Notes under the pieces: generated by a model
Database searches by the model: none
Told to the model about the DNA's origin: nothing
Seen by the model: the letters and a program-made list of their open reading frames with translations, nothing else
Assembly (NCBI RefSeq): GCF_009834535.1
Contig: NC_045708.1
Span: 51,584,001-51,648,000, forward strand
From: Camelus ferus
Taxonomy: Eukaryota
Length of the DNA stretch: 64,000 bases
Direction of reading: 5' to 3'
In this document: one piece after another, positions 10,165-22,584 of the stretch
How positions within the stretch are numbered: position 1 is the stretch's first letter
Layout: each line of letters starts with the position of its first letter
Position numbers and translations under genes: made by a program

Positions 10165-10830
10165 TCTCGTTTTTCAAATTTTTATTGTGAAATGACTTTA
10201 GAATTACAAAAAAGACGAAGAGACAGTCCAGAGAATTTCTTATTGTGAACATCTTATATAACCGTGGCACATTTGTTAAAGAAAGAAATTAACATTGGTA
10301 AATACTGTTAACTGAACTAAAAACTTTGTTTGGATTTAGCCAACTTTTGCACTGATGTCCTTTCTGCATTCCAGCTTCCAAACTAGGATACTACGTTGCA
10401 CTTAATCATCATGTCTCCTTAGCCACCTTCAATCTGAGACAGAGTCTCGTTTTTTTCTTACTTTTCATGATCTTAATACTTTTGGAAAATACCAGTAAGG
10501 AGTTTTATAGAATGTCCTTCGAGTTGAGTTTGGATGATATTTTTCTCAAGACTAGACGGGGGTTATGAATTTTGGGGGAGAATACCACAGGAGTAAAGTG
10601 CACTTCCGTCACGTTGTATTGGGGGCACATGCTCTCATCATGACTTTCCAGTGGCGATGTTAACCTTGGCCAAGAAGTAGAGTCCTTTTTCTCCCCTGTG
10701 AAGTTACTGTTTTTACCTTCCTATACTCTTCATCAGGAAGGAGTCAGCGAGTCCAACCTACTCTCAAGGGGAGGAGAATTGAGCTTTACTTCCTGGAGTG
10801 AAGAGTGTCAACATTTTTTATTCACAATTC
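10165..10830 (-). mobile_element. Old L1 3' fragment (L1MC-like)
   Basis: aaattttattgtgaaatgactttagaattacaaaaaag...gtgaacatcttatataaccgtggcacatttg is antisense L1MC-type 3' UTR. Confidence 0.7.
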
Positions 10831-13271
10831 TTCTTTAATCCAGTTTGTCTCTTCATCCTGTTTTCAATAAATAGTTTTACCAATTATGATAAGTGCCATA
10901 TGGGAAAATGAAAGGGCCTCCCGTGGGAAAGATAACAAGAGAGGTTTATTTAGCAGGCTCTATAAGCCAGACATCAGCCTTCATCTCCTAGACTGATGCC
11001 CCTAAAGACACGGAGGGAGCAAAGAGAAAATGACAGGAGAAAAATGTACTGGTGGTATGTTTTTCCTTTCCTCTCTGAACACCCATAGCAGGAGTCACTT
11101 ACCACTACTCAGGATTAGTGGTGCTGGGAGACAGAATCAGAAAAAAAAGAAAAACAAAAACCTCAGAAAATAAAAAACCTAGGACAAAACTCTAGGACAT
11201 GAACAGGACTCTTGTACTGCAATGATGGCTACTATTGAAACACAGAGTATCTTGAAGAAATTCTTGAAGGAAAAACTATTGGGCAAAAGGAAAGGAAAAG
11301 GTCACGAGTCGATTTTGCTACCTGAAATATTACCTGAGAGATTCCGTCCCTGTACTTCCTCTTTGTTGTGCTTATTAAGTCCACTTGTACAAAAGACAAG
11401 CATATGTAGCATCACAGCATCTCAGCCTGATGTACTTGGGGCAGATAAACGAGGAAAGTAATCAAGGTGAGGATATGGGGGGCAATAGGCTGGATTTGGC
11501 AGGGAAGAGCCATCTGGCATGAAAGGAGTTAAAAAGAAAACTCCTTAAAAAAGGAGTCAGGATGAGTTCACATTCTGGTTTAAATCTGTGTGACCTCAGT
11601 TCATGGGACAAATGAGAAACTGGCAGATATAAATGTGTGGCTTTTCAGGATGTGAAACCACAAACCCTTTGTGAGTTTGCAAGCACTACCCTGAGATGAA
11701 ATACAGAATGTAGGAAAACCAATATTTTGAGTAAATAAAATAATAAAAAAGACAACTGCATTATGAGATCAAAGAGAAAGTAGATTGATTAGTTAATTGA
11801 AACACTACTTCCAGCAGAAAAGCAGATGAAATAAGCAGATAAAAGTGCTTTCTAAGCTTCCCTGCCATTGTTTTGTATGCTTTAACTTTCTTTTCACAGC
11901 TTTCAATCCTATGCCCTATTTCAGAGCCTTTTTTCCACTCATCTTGGAAACCTCAGGACACTGAGGAAATTTGATGTTCAGACATTTTATTTTTAGGATA
12001 TCACATTATGTAATATCTTAGGCTGGTGTCATTCATTTCAGAAACTGCTGGTTTGAACGAGAACTGAGAAAAAGGTACCCAGTAGATGTGAACCTTTTAC
12101 ATTCAAACTGTCTTGAAAACACCTTAGAAAAACTCAGCAATCCCCCTGAAAGCATTTTTCTTCTTTTATCCATTAACAAATACATATGTGACTCCAGGTT
12201 CATTTTCAAAGTCTAATGTTGGCCCCTCTATTCCTGGCAGTATTTCTCAATTAATTAACATTCCTGAGAGCATAGTTAGGCACAACATTGAACAAGAGAA
12301 CTTTTATTTATTTGGTTTCCCTGCTGTGTAAAGGATGTTACAACTCCAATGTACTTCATCCTTTAAAAAACATCCTCTTGTTCTCCCATCAAGGATGGTC
12401 ATGAAAGCAACATATAGAGATGGAAAAAGAGAAAAGGTACAAAGATAAAGAATAACGAAGGATGTGGTGTATCTACTGTGGCTCAGGTATCAATAGGGCT
12501 CCCTCACAGGAAGGGCCCACTGTTGTGTCTGCTTACCACTCAGAATGCTCTTTTCATCTTAAAGGAAAAAAAATTTGTGGGATGTCACTGACAAGATCAA
12601 TGTCAATTCTGAAATTCTGCATGGAAAACAATAGTGAGCTTCTGACCAGTGATTGTCATAAAACCAAAACATCTTACAGTTTTATGCTGAATTAGTAGAA
12701 TTGTTTTGCTATGGTATTTATTTGAAAGGCTTTTCATCAGCTCTACCATGCATTTGATTGGTGCATCTTGATAATGTAGCTAGTCTGATGTTTAAACAGA
12801 ATTCTGCAGAAGTAAAGTGGGCCAGCAATCCGAGAATGCTTCTGAAGTGCCCATGGATAAGCCAGCCTAGTCATTAGCTTTATTGCTAACAAAAGAGAAA
12901 ATTGTGCACATAATCACACAGATTGCAGAGTTAGCAACGAGAGTTGGCACTAGGGAGTTATTTCCCCGCCACCATTTCTTCATCAGGATCTGAAGTTTCC
13001 TATATGCCTTCAAAGGAACATGGTTTTGGAATAAAATACACAAATGTTCTCTTTTTGTTGTAGACTATTTTTTTCCTCCTAAGCAATCCTCCCTCTTGCC
13101 CCTGCCAGGTTGAACCCAATAAGTCAGTGACTGTAGGCTTCTTATGATGACCTTTATGCCAGTGCAATATTATCAGTGAAAAAAAAGATATTAATGAGAC
13201 TATGAGATATAATGAGAGGTGAAGTTCAGAGAAGTCTGAGTGATTCAAAGTTATGGGGCTAGTAGTGTGAG

Positions 13272-13273
<2 letters not shown>

Positions 13274-13327
<54 letters not shown>
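13274..13327. repeat. (TG)27 microsatellite
   Basis: Uninterrupted TG run. Confidence 0.97.
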
Positions 13328-13330
<3 letters not shown>

Positions 13331-14804
13331 GGGACCTGGAGCTAGAGCCTAGGTCTTCTTGTCAGGCTGGTGTCTTTTACATATATCTCTTGTTCATTGT
13401 CATCACTAGAGTAGGAGACACAACCAAATTTTGAGGTTCAGTCACGGACAGTGTGCTCTAAGAGCCATGAACAGTTGTGATGAACGCAGCACCAGATGGA
13501 CCTACTACTTGAGCCTACTTTGGGAATTCTTTTATCCTTATTCTGTAAGGCTCCTTTGGGTATCAGCTTCTTAGCTTTCCTTGAACCTCTCTTACCTCTC
13601 TTGTTCAATTAAATGGGATCATATGCATAATTCACCAGCACAGTTCCTGAAGCAGATCAGACATCCTTCTTTATCCAGAGACATTCCCATTTCTGTCTCC
13701 CTCTGCAGCAGAAGAGCCGTCACTTTGGAATCCAAAGGGCCTTTGTTGACAATGATCTCGAGCCATTCAGATTTTCCCTATACCATGAAGATTACTAACA
13801 CTTGCCCTACCTTTCCCAAAGGGTTGATGTAAAAATCAAAGCAGATAATGCATATGAAATTGCTTTATGATTCCTTAACTGATTTTACTTCAAAATTCCA
13901 CATAATTTTTACAAAGCATGATTAAGTGAAAAATCCAAATGGAATTCTTTCCTCTAGAAAATCAAACTATCATTGTCCTTGATTTTCTTTGGCAAATAAT
14001 GATTTCTATTGATTATAAAAAATATTTTCAATATTTCTAATGCCCAAAGGTTTATAAGCAAAGGGAAAAAAACAGTCCCTGCAAGCTTTGTCAGTATGGG
14101 AATATTGGTGAGTTGAAATATCACCATGCAGAATGAAGATAAACGACAGTTCCAAATGGCCTTATGGTTGGAGGCCTCCCAGTGACCCAGCTCATCTCAC
14201 AGATGCAGCTGCAGCAAATAACAGCCAGGGAGCGATGATCATTGTGATTTCAGTCCATTATTACAAGAAGCCTGATATACATAAAATATAGGTCAAAGCA
14301 TTTTATTTAATGCCATATTTATCTCCAGAATATGAAGCATGAGAATGTTGTCCTAGCACTGAAGAAACAGAGGTGATAAATTAGTAGTCTCTGAAGTGCT
14401 ACTGAAATGACTACATTCAATTTCCATTTTCTCGTTGAAATACAAATTCCACAAGGGAGAGGACCACGGGTACGTTGTATTCCATCGTCTCTCAGGGCTT
14501 GGTACAGTGCCTGCCTCATGCAGGCCCTCAATCAGATGCATGCAAAATATTTGATTTATTAGTAACTTGATTGAGTCCTATAGTATTGCACTTATTTATT
14601 TATTTCCAACTATTTTTCCTTACTAAACTAGCCCTCCACATGGGGCAGGATTATATTGTATTCATCTCTCTTCACCCTCTATCTAGATAAGTGTTTATTC
14701 AGTGAACAAGTAAATATAAGAAGGATGCTATACATATAAGAAGTTGCTGCCAGGTGTTGCTTTCTGCTCCGGGTCTTAAAGAGCAAGTAAGAAGAGAATA
14801 CAAA

Positions 14805-14822
14805 ATAGATATAGATAGATAA

Positions 14823-14880
<58 letters not shown>

Positions 14881-14890
14881 GATAGATAGA
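14805..14890. repeat. (GATA)n tetranucleotide microsatellite
   Basis: About 85 bp of atag units with a few interruptions. Confidence 0.95.
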
Positions 14891-16357
14891 ACAGTTGCTT
14901 CCTAGGATTAAGTCAGCAAGAGGAACTGATCAATGAAACAAAGCAGAAACTATTATGGATAGAAAAAGTTAGAGGAAAGACAAGAAAATTAATGAGATGT
15001 TCTGGGCATAGACTAATTGGCACGGAAGACCAAAGGTAACTCTGGAACAAGTAGAGAACAAAAAGGAATGGAGAATGGAGGAGATTCATGCAGTCAAAGA
15101 AGGAAACAGAGAATGGGAAATACAGCATGTTGCTTTTTAAATGTCAGAACACAAAGCAAAATTTAGAGCTAAGTTATGGGTTTCAACTGTAAGAATTTAA
15201 AAGAAACAGCATGGAGACAATTGTTGGAGGGTTAGTGATGTGTTTAGATGCAATTATGGGAAGAATATGGCAGTTTTGATTGTGAAAAGCTGTGGTTAGG
15301 AATCTAGGGAACTGTTTGGTTTTTTTTTTAAGCCAAGTAAGTAAATTCAGAATGTTGGCGATAATCCAGGAGCTGCTGTGCATGGAATTTAGTGTTTACA
15401 TCCTGGAGACTAACGCATTGTATTTGGCCGTTAGTTAAAAATGAGTTAACTGGTGCTTTTTCAGAGAGTTATATAAAACTTATTATCATATTTTCCACAA
15501 ATTCTATTCAACCGTTTGAAGTTCTGAGGGGAAAATCAAAAAGTAGTTGTCTTTCATATGCATTTTTCTTTATATAGCTCATTCTTTCATATAAAGATGG
15601 ATTTTAATAGTTTATCTGTCACCAAAATATGCTTCCTACAATTTATGAAAATAGGAGTTATAAAGGTGACAAAATAGTTGAACAATATTTTGTGTTCCTC
15701 AAAATGATCTGTTTGTTGACTTTTAAATTTTTGTTCATCCTGAATTTTAAAGAGAACCTATTCAGGTGTGTATACACACCCTCTATCACCTGACAGATAA
15801 CAACAATATCGTGAAAGGTTGTCATGAGATGGTTGTTTTTCAAACACTTTCTATTTAACTGGACACTTTGGAAAGTTAAATAGCAGAACAACTGAGAAGT
15901 GCAAATATAGAAAAGTCATCTGCTATTTTACTTTAATGTTAGACTTCAAGAAAAATGATAAAAAATATGAATATAAATTTGTTCAATATAATAAATTCAT
16001 TTTAAGAATCTTAATATATACGAGGGCTGTATTTTTTAAGGAGAGGCCAACTGATGAACTTAAATTGCTGTCTCTCAGGACTCATCTCTCTCTCTCAAGT
16101 AATTACCTCCTCTTCAAACAACATTATTAAAATTTATTCTGATTAATGAAGAGATATACCTCTCTTTCATCTGTCTACAAATAAAAAGGGAAATTGATGA
16201 TTCAAAAATGAGCCTATGGAATATCTGTATCCCAGGGATTTGGTAAATGTTTAAAAAATCTCTGTAAACATGTACTTATGTGTGAGTAAATAATTTGCAT
16301 TTAAATTTTAAAATTTCTTTTATGGGAAATACATGTGCTAAATCAGGAGTTGGGAAC

Positions 16358-16505
16358 GAAGAAGCTTCCCCGGCTTTGTCACTAACTAGCTCTGGATGAT
16401 AGGTAAGCCATTTAGTTGTTTGGGTCTCAGCATATTAAATGAGGAGAAAGTAGGAAGTACCCTTTAAGCATATTAAATAAATGAATTTCTATGGCAACAG
16501 TAACT
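16358..16505 (+). repeat. 148-bp direct repeat, copy A (MIR-derived donor)
   Basis: gaagaagcttcccc...ctatggcaacagtaact matches 17902-18049 with 8 substitutions and no indels. Confidence 0.95.
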
Positions 16506-17754
16506 ACTGTAAAAAGTGATATAAATTGAATTGATAAAGTGAATAACATAATCAACCATTATGGATTGAGTGCTGATAGTTAAAGCCAACAGTCCTTTGG
16601 AAAGTGGTTAAATGCACCCAGTAGGTTACAGTGATTGTTGTCATACTACATTAACACGTGCAGCAGCAATGGCCCGTTTTAGTCAAGTGAAAGATGTATT
16701 GTGAGTTTGTCCAAAGATTAAACTCATGGAAATTGAAAAACAATCAAACGCACTTGAGTAAGTATTGATGGTAAGCATTATCCTAATTAATGCCCTCACT
16801 GTCTATCTGTTTTTGATAGAAATCTGAAATATCTATACTAACAGTGTCACTTGAGTTAATACTACCAATCTTATTAGCAGTTCAAATGTGTGTTAACATT
16901 TTTCTTTAACCAATTATCAAGAAATTCTTATATTTGGAGACATCTGTCACCTAGTTAATGTTAAAATTGGGAGAGTAATATTGATTTTGATTTAGGTTTA
17001 ACAATTGTAGTACACATGATGAAGTGCAGGCCGGAGCATTTGATTGGCCCCGACACATAATCATGGCCAAAAAGCAGAGCTAATCCCAGCTATTTTATAG
17101 TAAAGTTAATATTTTTACTAGAAGATTTCAAAGTTTTGACTGCCTTACAAAGACCATAATGCCATAAATGAAATGACTTTTTTTTTTTTAACTCATCACA
17201 TTTCTAATGATGGCAGGGACAACTGTGAGTTTGCATTGTTTAACTTTTATTTGAAGCATATAGCTATTGTGGTACTGAAATAAGGAACACAATTTGGATC
17301 TAAATTGTCTATTTACTTATGTGCAACAGTGAAATCAGAATATTTGGAAGAAAACAGTTTACCTTACTGTTGAGTATCAGACAAATTTCATAATGGATGT
17401 TTATCATTATCTCCCATGATCTGTTAAGGTGCATGGGTCTTTATATAACTGGTCACATAAAATTCTTGTGTACCAGGACCTTGCTAGTAACTAAACAAAT
17501 TTGAGCTCGCTATAACCCAGTATCTTTCCAGTGTTCATTTGAGAGATACAATACACAGGAAGAATATACGCAGAGCAAACCGTCCACTCAGCTTCCCAAA
17601 TATTTTAAAATATCAAGTCAGATCAGTGATGAGGTAGACACGGAGACTATATTACAAAGGCTAAATCTCCTCCCAAATTACTTTTTTGTGAACTGTTTTC
17701 TGATTTGATGATACCAGCAGCATACATTAAAATTTGTAATAAGAGATAGTCTTA

Positions 17755-18200
17755 TGAAATTCAGTTTAGTTCAACAAATTATGGAGCACCTACTATGTGC
17801 TAACCTTTGGACTAAGAACTGAGAATATGACAGTGAACCAAACAGAGATGGTCTTGACCCCTGTGGAGCCTGGCAATGTATGCAGGTGATGTATGCTGAA
17901 TGAAGAAGCTTCCCCAGCTTTGTCACTAACTAGCTCTGGATGATAGATAAATCATTTAGTTGTTTGGGTCTTAGTATATTAAATGAGGAGAAAGTAGGAA
18001 ATACCCTTTAAGCATATTAAATAAATGAATTTCTATGGCAACATTAACTCAGAGCAGTAAGTGCTGTGATGGGAGCAATGCAAGGTGCCCAGGGAGCCAA
18101 AAGGAGGAGCTTCAGTCTGGAGGTGTCAAACGTCTACTAGAGAATGTGATCGCCCAAGTGACGAGCTGAAAGATGAGTAAAAGTGAGCCAAGAAAAAGGA
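17755..18200 (-). mobile_element. L2 3' end, interrupted by repeat copy B
   Basis: ttcaacaaattatggagcacctactatgtgcta...gacagtgaaccaaacagag, resuming at cagagcagtaagtgctgtgatggga after 18049. Confidence 0.7.
17902..18049 (+). repeat. 148-bp direct repeat, copy B
   Basis: 140/148 identical to 16358-16505. Confidence 0.95.
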
Positions 18201-19512
18201 CAATGTCATGTGCCATTGTTAAAACTTTTGTCTGAAGGATATTACCAAGGATATTGTTCTTTATCTCGGAATACTATTTTTTAAAAAGCAACCTTAGAGT
18301 AATTCATGTCTGGTCTTAATGGCATGACTGTTTGATTTCCTTTGAACAAATCCTCTTTTTCCTGTTATGGATAAGGTTAAACTTCCTTATTGGCTTCTAC
18401 TTACTGACCTAAATGCTTAGGTCATTTTGGGATGTATGTTTTACCTAGTGTTTGGTCCCTACTTTTGTTTTTCAACCAGTTAATTTTATGTAAATGATTT
18501 TTCTGGTTACACTGCCTGCTCACTGTAGAAAATTTGAAAAGGACAATATCAATAAAAAATCAGAGATGAAAATAAATCACCCCAAAGTAACTTCAAGACA
18601 ACCTTCAAATAAGAATCTATATCCAAATATTTAGATAGTAAAAGACAGCATAGATTTGTGAATTGAACTACACTACATTTTAACCAGATTTTCACTTATC
18701 AATATATCATAAATAGCTTCCCATATCTTTGAATATTATTGGCAAGAACATTTTAGTGGCTATATAATGACTTACCCTCTGGGCATATTATAATTTGTTT
18801 ACCTAATAGTATTAGTATATAAATTATTTAATTTATTAATTAATATTAATATTCTTATTCATTAAAACCATTTAATATTTATGTATTAATCTGTTTATCT
18901 TTTTAAACATCAAATCAAAAAGATAGTTCTATTAAAAGTGTTAAAGATGCAAAAAAAGGAATAAACATGGAGATCTTAGTCTGCTATACAAGAAGATTTT
19001 TAAATACATGAATACGGGTGTTGTGGGCACAAAGGAGGGAAGTACGAGGAGGGTCCTACAAAGTTTTCAAGAAATAAAAGTGTGACCTAAGAATTTTGTA
19101 CTCAGTCAAAAATAATTCAAATGTGAAGATATCAATATTTTCAACATGTAAGAAGCAAGAAATCAGGGATGTTGCTCTAATGATTCTTTTTTAAAAAAAG
19201 CACTAATGGAACAAGTTTCACATCCATCGATGGGTGGAACATCACAGCAGAAGAACTGGTAATGAATGCCAGATCTGTTTGGTAGTGGGTTCAATATTAA
19301 CTAAACGAAGGAATATGCTTACAAAATGGAATGTAAATAGTTTAAGCTGAGATAATTTTTAAAAATTATATTTTTAAAAAGGAGAAACTGAGAGTGAAAG
19401 GAAGACAAGTGATGTGAGGGAATATAAGCCTGCTGGCTTCCTCATATTTACTAAGAAAAGATCAAGAGATACTGTGTGAAGTCAATAAATCAATAAGTAG
19501 AGGTAGAAATAA

Positions 19513-19830
19513 TTTATTAGTCAGGGCCTCAGCAGGAAACAGACGACATACTTGAATGAGATAACTGAGTAGAGTTGACAAATGGATGACTTTTTTTTTT
19601 TTTTTTGATGTTGGCAAAGTTAAAGGAAACAACCAAGAAATAGTGCCATTTCCAGGAGCTAGCATCAGTGGGGAGGTGTTACTACTTTAGACCTGAAGGC
19701 AAGGGAGCTTCTATTATGACACAGGATCACTCAATGGGGGCTTTCATTGACTGATCTACTTGGAAGCCAGAAGGTAACAGAAAGTTTTGATACAGCCTGT
19801 ACTGTATGTGTTAGCTTTTCTGGGCACAAA
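19513..19830 (-). mobile_element. MaLR/ERVL-type (MLT1-like) LTR fragment
   Basis: tattagtcagggcctcagcaggaaacag...cttggaagccagaagg. Strand and subfamily uncertain. Confidence 0.55.
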
Positions 19831-20766
19831 ATAGAATGGAGAATTACAGATTGTACTTCTTGAGAAACATGTGGAGAGTATCCAGTACAAACATATTTAA
19901 TAAAAGAAAAGAAAGCCCTAAGAAAAATAAGATAATCTGTAAAGAAAAAAGGGAAGAGAGTGAAAAGGAGAGGAAGAGAAAATTATGTCATAATCTGTTA
20001 ATGTCAGAAATGAATAGACACTACCTAAAGAAGTAGAGAATCGGGTTCTTACATAGACATATATATTGAAAGTTAACCATTAGAAGCAAAAAGGAACATT
20101 GCAAAATAACAGAAGATACAAGTACCCAAAAGAAAGCAAACAGACTACATAATGACTTGTTCCTAACACAAAATCTAAATCTGTTATATTCAAGAAACAA
20201 TGAAAATTGAAAACACATATACTAACACACATACAGACATAAACAAACACACATATATAAATGTGTAACTGTGAGGTAAATGTATATATGAAGTAAATAC
20301 AGACAAAAAGAAAGCAAGGATCACTATTATAATTTTGGGCAAGAATGAATTCAGGGGAAAATAAACATTAATTGAGAAAAGAGTCCCTTTAGAATTATAG
20401 GACCTCAACTCACAAATAACATACGAGTATTAATATCTGTGTGCTAAATAATATAATATCATATTAATAAAGCATTAATTATGAGAGGTACAAGATGAAA
20501 CAAAACCAAAATCCAGTAGTTTTAAAATTCATCTTTCTCACCCTGTGACTAGTCAAGTAGACCAAAACTAAGCTGTAATACACTTAAATAGTGTATTTAG
20601 CAAGTTACATCACATTTACTATATATGTTCACTTAAGACAAAAGAAAAAAAATAAATGATTGAAAATGGAAAAGCAAAATTATACTTAAAAATAGTAAAG
20701 TACATGTCCCTTTAGCCAAAGAGGATCAACTGAAAAATTTCTACAAACAATAAGAAAATTCAGTGG

Positions 20767-20828
20767 CTGAATTTCACTGATACTTCGCTGAGTTCCACTG
20801 ATTTTCACTGAATTTCACTGATATTTCA
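20767..20828. repeat. Degenerate ~10-bp tandem repeat (CTGAATTTCA-like, about 6 units)
   Basis: ctgaatttca ctgatacttc gctgagttcca ctgattttca ctgaatttca ctgatatttca. Confidence 0.8.
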
Positions 20829-21146
20829 GATTATCAGTGGCTCTGATCAATATGGCAGTAGCAGAGGTGGGGAGAAGTGGTTCTGTTCTTTCTACATTTC
20901 AAAGGTAGAGCCCATAAATTTCAGAAAAAAATGTATAAATAAGTGTTAATCTATCAAAAGCTCATTTCATTCATATTAAGAGAAATTAAAATCAAAACTT
21001 CATTAAATGAACCCAATAGAATGACAAAAGTGAAAAACGTAATTTCAAATGTTTAGTGCAAATGTGAAGCTACTCAAATTCATATACATGAGTGATAGGA
21101 GTGTAAATTGATAAGACCACTTTAAAAGCATGCCACAGAATTTTCT

Positions 21147-21279
21147 CTTTTTTGGGAGGGGAGATAATTTGATTTTTTTTTTGTTATTATTATTTTTTAA
21201 ATGGAGATACTAGGGATTGAACCCAGAACCTTGTACATGCTAAATACACACTCTACTATTGAGTTACATCCTCCCATCC
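21147..21279 (-). mobile_element. tRNA-Ala-derived SINE (camelid Vic-1-like)
   Basis: The reverse complement resembles tRNA-Ala with an A-rich tail. 14-bp TSD ccacag(a/g)attttct at 21133-21146 and 21280-21293. Confidence 0.88.
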
Positions 21280-22121
21280 CCACAGGATTTTCTAAAGCTC
21301 CATGTATGTATACTCTATACCTCAGGAATTTTAATTCTAGATTTATAACTAATAGAGATGCAGCTATAGGTCCCCTAAAAGATAAATGAAAAAGTGTTCA
21401 TAGAAGAACTCTTTATAAAAACCCTAAATGGAAACTTCCCAATGGATATCAAAAGTAGAATTATAAATTGTGTAAGAACCACAAAGTGGAATACAACACA
21501 GCAATGAAGATGAGCAAACTACATCTATATACAAAAATATGGATGAATTCCACACACAACAAATGTTGGTTGAATGAATCCAGACATATAAAGCACACTG
21601 ATTCTGTTCATGTAAGGGTCAAAAACAAGTAAAGCTGATCTATAATATTGGAGGTTAGAGGATACCCTTGGGTGAAAGTTGGTGATTGTTTCTTGGGATC
21701 CAAGAGGGGATCCTGGGATGCTGGTAACATTCTGTTTCTTGATCTGAGGGCAAGTTACATGGAATTGTTCAGCTTGTGAAAATTCATTGATCCAGTTGTG
21801 ATTTTGTACATTTTACTGTACATATGTCATTCTTCACCTTAAAAAATGAAGTTGTGCTTTTCACCTATGAGAATAGCATAAATATTAAAAAAAAAGTATT
21901 TTGGCTAGGGAATATGTAGAAAATATTCTCTTCCAGTGATGGAATGAATGTAAATTAGTACAACCTGTATGGAAGGCAATTTTTATTGGATCAAAAATCA
22001 AAATTACAAATGCACATATTTCTTTTCCTAGAAAATCTACTCCAAAGAATACATTCTTCACATACTCTCACACTTGAACAAAATGATGTATATTCAGTTA
22101 TTCATTTCAGCATTGCTTGTA

Positions 22122-22584
22122 CAGCAGCACTCTGACTTACAATGCTTTGGTTTATGATATTTTGACTTTATAAAGGTAGAAAAGTGATACACTTCAAAAC
22201 AATACTTTGAATTTTGAATTTTGATATTTCCTGGGCTAGCCATCTCATGACGCTGGACAGCAGCAGTGCGAGGAAGCTCCCAGCCAGCCACACAACGACA
22301 GAGGTAAACAGCTGATACACTTACTATCATTCTGTTCTTCACTTTCAGTACAGTATTCAATGAACTACATGAGATATTCAACACTTTATTATAAGATAAG
22401 CTTTGTGCNNNNNNNNNNNNNNNNNNNNNNNNNNNNNNNNNNNNNNNNNNNNNNNNNNNNNNNNNNNNNNNNNNNNNNNNNNNNNNNNNNNNNNNNNNNN
22501 NNNNNNNNNNNNNNNNNNNNNNNNNNNNNNNNNNNNNNNNNNNNNTGTCAGGATGTAATCTCATCATAAATCAAGTAAGACCTG
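22122..22584 (-). mobile_element. Tigger4 (Zombi)-like TcMar MITE spanning an N gap
   Basis: CAG...CTG termini with TA duplication (22120-22121 and 22585-22586). Internal tcatgagatattcaacactttattataa-type block. The host L1 is continuous across it. Confidence 0.8.
22409..22545. other. Assembly gap (137 N)
   Basis: Run of N. Confidence 1.

Noticed and set aside
13485-13502. CTCF-like gcagcaccagatggacc
   Set aside because: Two mismatches at core positions.
17532-17633. 102-nt exon-like segment open in two frames
   Set aside because: Weak donor (GAG|GTAGAC) and unrecognised peptides.
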